A stretch of 61,639 nucleotides of DNA, counting the filler. It is 12 parts of 12 records of this genome, joined end to end, with 100 filler letters (N's around TTAATTAATTAA, not from the genome) between each part and the next. Parts side by side here need not be neighbours in the genome. Positions count along the whole stretch, not along the records: positions 56,395 to 61,639 come from SRR7504441_11786; 11 more parts are not named here. One strand, written 5' to 3'. The position numbers and the translations under genes are program-made. The notes below the pieces were generated by a model. It saw only the letters and a list, made by a program, of their open reading frames with translations. It made no database searches and had not been told where the DNA came from. Positions 56,709-61,639 of this stretch are shown piece by piece (position 1 is the first letter of the stretch; every line of letters starts with the position of its first letter).

Positions 56709-59700
56709 CTAACTTTTGCTTGACGGGGCATACGGAGTATAGTTGGGAGTGGAAGTCGCCGGGTGTTCTTTTGAGTGCTCTATACCTTGCTCTAAGGTGA
56801 TGCTTGACTCAATGTCGTCGTGCACACAATTCAGATGGTGTACATGAGGCTCCTGCTCATACGACAGTGTGCGATCCTGGCTCGAGTCATACTCTTGATT
56901 CAAATGTAGCGTTTGTACATCGGCAGGCGAGACATTACTAAGGCGATGCCGCTTGTCATAGGTTGTAGGATGAGCAGAGATGAACCCATCCACTAGTTGG
57001 CTGTCTTTTGCTGCTGTGGGATCCAGGGACGAGGTTCGTCTTCTGAGCGTGGGATCATACCGAGGTCCAAAGTTCTCCGCGCCGCTCAACTCAGCCACTA
57101 GTTCCCCAAATCCTGCCCCGTCAGTATCAAAATTGAGCTTGGACTCGTCGACAACGCCCAAATTCTGAATGACGCCACAGTATGCCAGCAGCTTGTTGTT
57201 CAATACTTTGCACACATCCTGAATCACTGACCATACTAGGACGTAGGCCCATGTGAACAGAATCACATCCCACTCCAGCCCCTACAAATGAACAAAGTTA
57301 GAATCCCTGCACGCTCAAGCTCAATCACCTCAAGTCCGGAACCAAATGGCCAGAAGGCGGAGAACAGGGTGGCAGCCGTTACTGCCAGAAACGCAGCACC
57401 CACTACAATGATTGACGGAGCCCTTGTCCAAAAGAACGACTTACACCGCGAATTAAAGACACAGCAGTAATCAGATAGAGAAATCTTGAGGTACATCATC
57501 GTTTGTATCTCACCAAACGACATCTGCTTGATCCCCAAATAGCACAGCCCGTGCTCACCACCCCGGCTGCTCCGGAGCCCCAGCTCTAGCAGGACAATCG
57601 ACGAACAGAGCGCCACCAACCCAATCACGGAGGCAATCAGGTACATGATCATTAGGTTCCACTTCTCTGGCTTCATTGAGGCCTCCACGTTGTCATAGGC
57701 GACTGAAATGATCGTGCCATCATTCAGAATACAGATAGTGACTAGGGCTATCACAGGCAGGGAAAAATAATCTGGCCACTCTGCCTCGTTGTAGCAGTAA
57801 GCTGGCTGTGCATCAGAAGGAAATGTACTGCAATGGGGCATCTGACTTGCATAGTCCTGAGGATTGAACGCCAGGCATGAGATAAGGAAAAAGAACAGGA
57901 GCTGCTCTGTGCAAGCTACGCGATAGATGACAAAGTTTTTCATTCTGGTGAAGATTTTCCGAGACACCACCAGCGCTGTCACGATAGTGGAAAGTCCGGG
58001 CTCAGTGAGTACTATGTCTGCAGAGGCCTGTGCTGCTGCTGTGGCTCCCTCTACAGCAATTCCAACGTCTGCCCGAGCGAGGGCTGGAGCGTCATTGACA
58101 CCATCTCCACACCTGTGAAAGCAGAGTTAGTTGGTTGACACACAAGCCTGACTCACATGCCTACAATGTGCCCGTTCTGCCTGAACGACTCCACAATCAA
58201 AAACTTGTGCTCTGGTAGGACACCAGCGAATCCATTGGCCTCCTCGCACACATCGCCATACTTAGTCCCAATGTCTGTGCAAGTGCTGAAGTAATTCTCA
58301 TCCTGCTCGTACTTGGTCTTGCCTTGGCCCTTGATGCCGTCTGCACACTTGCCGCGCATCAAATTTTCGATTGGGAGTTCCTCCAGATTGCCTTCGCCCT
58401 TAAGTATCATCGGCGACTCCCTACCCAGCGCCTGCTCCTCTGCCTGCACCTTCTGACTTGGCAGCCCGATTGTCTTGCACATCTCGACCGCAATCTCACG
58501 GGCATCACCAGTAATCATTTTGACTGTTACGCCCAGCTGCTCAGCCATTGCAATCACATGCGCTGTGTCTGATCGAGCCGGGTCGAGGAAGCACAGAAAG
58601 CCCACCACGTACCAGCCAGTCGAGTTGCCATCTTTGTCCTGGCGCACGTCGTCAGTCCGGCTAAGCGCTATTGCACGGATCCCGCGAGCCCCGAATGCAT
58701 TGATGTCGTCCTCATACTGTTTCCGTATCTCGTCCGGGTGGTCACACATCCCCAGGATCACTTTGGTCGCGCCCTTGGCCACCCGAAACTCCTCGCCTGT
58801 CTGGCAGTCCCGGACTGTGGCCATGGTGCGCTTGGTGGAAGGGTCGAAAGGCTCAAACTCAATATGTTGAAACTTGTCCAGATGATCCAACTCGCGCTTG
58901 CTGCCGTCCTGCATCGTGAGCAGCATCGTATCAATCGCGTCAAGCTCGTCCAACGTCTTCTGTGCCTTCTTCCACTCGGTGGCCAGGCAGCACAGATCCA
59001 TCAACTCCTGCAGACCCACTCAGCCCAAGTCCAGACCTTCTAAACCCGCCTGCCGAGAGAACTTTCGCTTGTTTGGCCGATGCACGTAGACTCTATGGAA
59101 GGCTACCCTGCCTGGATGCTCCGGCCCCATCGTGGCCAGCTCTTTCTGCCGCACCAGAGAGTCACAGGCCGGCCAACGGCGGAGTAACCGCATCGTCCAG
59201 GTGGTTCGGGCTGAGATCAGCCTTCAGGACCATCTTGCCAGTGGTGAGCGTGCCAGTCTTGTCAGAGCACAGCAGCGTCAGCCCGGCCAGCTCCTCTATC
59301 GACGAGAGCCGGGCCACGATCGCTTTCTCAGCAGCCAGTTGCTGCGAGCCTAGAGCGAGTGTGGTTGTGCAGACCACCTGCCAGCCGGTGAGTCGGTGCG
59401 GACCGATTCTGTCGCCTTCAGAGCAATGGGGATAGACGCGATGAGCAGGACCACCGTGAAGGCGAGCACCTTGAGAAAGTCCTCCTTGACCACCACCAGC
59501 AGCCAGATGAACACGATCGTCATCACGATCATTCCTGCTGTCACCAGCATCACCATCAGCTGCTGCAAAACCTTCTCAAAATGACCCATCTCGTCCACAG
59601 ACACCAGATTGGCCGTCTTACCCAGGAACGTCTGCCCCAACCGTCAGCCCCCCAGAGCGGCGACGCTCACGTGACTGCCGGTGGCGATCACCATTGCTTG

Positions 59701-60501
59701 GCAGTGCCCGCTCTTGAGTGTCGAGCCCATCTTTGGAAAACCTCCCGGTTTGAACGTGATCGGCAGCGACTCGCCGGTGAGCTGCGCCTGATCCACTGTG
59801 ATCGGCTTCTGCCCGCTCAGCACCCGACAGTCGGCCGGGATGCTGCAGCCATGAGAGAACTCGACTATATCGCCTGGGACCAGCTGCGACGCGTCGACAG
59901 TGGTGAGCTCGCCGTCCCGGAACACTTTGGCCACCGGCTTGAGCCCGGCCTGCAGCTCGGCAATCGCGTCCCCGGACTTGAGCTCCTCGACGTAGCCCAC
60001 GAAGACGTTGAGCATCTGCAGCACGAACAGCACGATCACATCCACCAGGTCGGCCTCCTCCCTGTTGATCCCGTACTCGACGGCCTCGATCACCAGCGCG
60101 GCCCAGACCACCAGCGGCATGGGCTGCACGAACTCCTTGAGCAGCTTCAGGCAGTGATTGGTCTCCTTCTCCACCAGTTTATTTTCCCCGAACATCGCCC
60201 GCCGCCCCGCCGCCTCCTGCGAGCTCAGCCCGCCTTCCGGCGTGTGATACAGCGTGCGCTTCTCCACCGCCCCGCCGTCCAGCTTCGGGTACAGCCCGCA
60301 CTCCAGGCAGGCTGCGTCGCCAGTGAAGGCGTTCAGCTTCTTGCCGTGGGCTGGGCAGAGCACCGCCGCCTCCGGCTCGGGCTGCTGCACTGGCTGGACC
60401 GAATCGTACGACTGCAGCCCACCCTCGCTGTACGGCTGCAGCCCGATCTGGTCCGGCTCGTCGCTCACCCTGCTGTACCCCCGCGACGATTGCCCGCCCA
60501 T
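56709..60501 (-). CDS. PMA1: P-type (P3A) plasma-membrane H+-ATPase, multi-exon
   Basis: [89 protein letters not shown]. Confidence 0.94.
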
Positions 60502-60804
60502 CACACCCCACCGCTCGTGTCGTGCCTCGAACAGCGCGCACGGCCACGGCGTTCAGATGTACAACGGCAAACTGGAGGCGGGACACCCTCGCACCCGGAA
60601 GCATGTGGAAGCGTGTGCTGGGCCGGCACTATTCGATCAATCATGAGCCAGTACTCGAGCGAGCCACCACCACCACCACCTCCTCCTCGACCTGTTGTTC
60701 GTCCTCTTCCGCCGCCTCCTACTCCTACGATTGAGCACTACGAAATGATCATCATTTGACATGAACGATTGGTACAATAGAATAAATTAAAACAGTATAG
60801 ACGA

Positions 60805-61536
60805 CTATTGGCCTCCGGAGTTTTTCCTCAAGGTGTGTAGTTTGGTTGAATAAGCTAATAGCTCGCCTTCTGGCTTCTTTGCCCATCGGACCCAGCGCGA
60901 ATTCTCCGCTTGAAGCGTCGCCTCTCGAGCCGCTGCCTCACGGGCCTTCCGCACCGCCACCGCTTCCACCTTCTTCTTGGCCGCCCATATCTCGAATGCT
61001 GACGGGCCCTCCTCCTCAGCATCCTCCTCCTCCTCAGCATCCTCCTCTTCCGCCTCTTCCAGTTCTGCCGCCGGAGCGGACTGCCGCCGGGCCTTCTCCT
61101 TACTCCACTCGGCGAATGCGGTGGCCGCCCGGGCCTGCTGCTCCTGTGCCGCCTCCCTCCGCTCGCGGGCCATCCAGCGCTGCTCCTTCTTGCGGTCCAG
61201 CTCCTCCCGCCGCTTCTGCGCTGCCCAGCTCTCCCAGCTCGGCCCCCGGGCTTGCTTCGGCTCGACAGCCCGCCGGGCGCCAGCCCGTACCCGAGGCCGC
61301 CGGGGTTTGGGGGCGGGGGGGCTGCTGACCGGGCGGTAAGGCCGGACGACTCGGACGTACGGCGCTGTGCTCGGGCGGGTGGCGCGGGGGGCCGGTGGGC
61401 TGGCAGGCGGGCCGAGGGACGGACTGGCTGCGGGCGGGGGCCGACGGCGCTGCTGGACCACCTGCTGCAAGTGGTCCCACTCCTGCTGCTCGGTCGCGAA
61501 GTAGAGGTCTCGACTGAACAGCCGCGCCGAAGGCAT
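60805..61536 (-). CDS. Charged coiled-coil protein, CCDC34/CCDC181-like
   Basis: Repeated [AS][FW]xxWxxxK motifs: SWESWAAQKR, AFAEWSKEK, AFEIWAAKK. Confidence 0.55.
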   Translation of the reverse strand: MPSARLFSRDLYFATEQQEWDHLQQVVQQRRRPPPAASPSLGPPASPPAPRATRPSTAPYVRVVRPYRPVSSPPAPKPRRPRVRAGARRAVEPKQARGPSWESWAAQKRREELDRKKEQRWMARERREAAQEQQARAATAFAEWSKEKARRQSAPAAELEEAEEEDAEEEEDAEEEGPSAFEIWAAKKKVEAVAVRKAREAAAREATLQAENSRWVRWAKKPEGELLAYSTKLHTLRKNSGGQ

Positions 61537-61610
61537 CGCCCTGCCAGGAGAGAGTGCACCGAAAGGGCCTTTACTTATACTCTATGTTTGAATCTCGGCT
61601 GTTGTTGAAT

Positions 61611-61639
61611 CTCAATGTAGCTCAATTGGTAGAGCATGG
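61611..61639 (+). tRNA. 5' part of a tRNA gene truncated by the window end; isotype undetermined
   Basis: Seven-nt acceptor strand CTCAATG then TAGCTCAATTGGTAGAGCA, a canonical D-arm/A-box (GCTC…GAGC stem). Anticodon lies outside the window. Confidence 0.65.

Noticed and set aside
1597-59415. Tiny introns as an introner (mobile intron) family
   Set aside because: The introns share length and end motifs but no extended sequence similarity, TIRs or consistent TSDs by eye.

Overview
Eukaryotic, not prokaryotic, sequence: 12 unrelated contigs joined by 11 artificial 100-nt spacers (N44-TTAATTAATTAA-N44), as in a concatenated draft genome or MAG. The organism is a GC-rich, gene-dense protist. Its spliceosomal introns are very short (35-47 nt) and often have GC-AG ends, so most ORF-track entries are exon fragments or shadow frames. 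About 28 genes were reconstructed by hand, including GH47, GH27, GH78, pectinacetylesterase, a papain-family protease, IDO, neuferricin, a CASTOR-like ACT protein, a PqiA-like protein, SohB, DCAF11, NOP14, a UvrD/Srs2-like helicase, an MFS sugar porter and a P3A H+-ATPase. The main result is a selenoprotein gene the ORF track misses (45350-46609). It has a thioredoxin-like domain with an in-frame UGA in a UxxC motif, an SH3/KOW-like domain, a second in-frame UGA and an intact hemerythrin domain, followed by a canonical form-2 SECIS hairpin in the 3'UTR. Also notable are a secreted Hedgehog-type Hint (Hog) protein with poly-Arg-flanked micropeptides and a TPR-OCRE-cold-shock-PP2C fusion. All family calls come from motif recognition; no database search was run.
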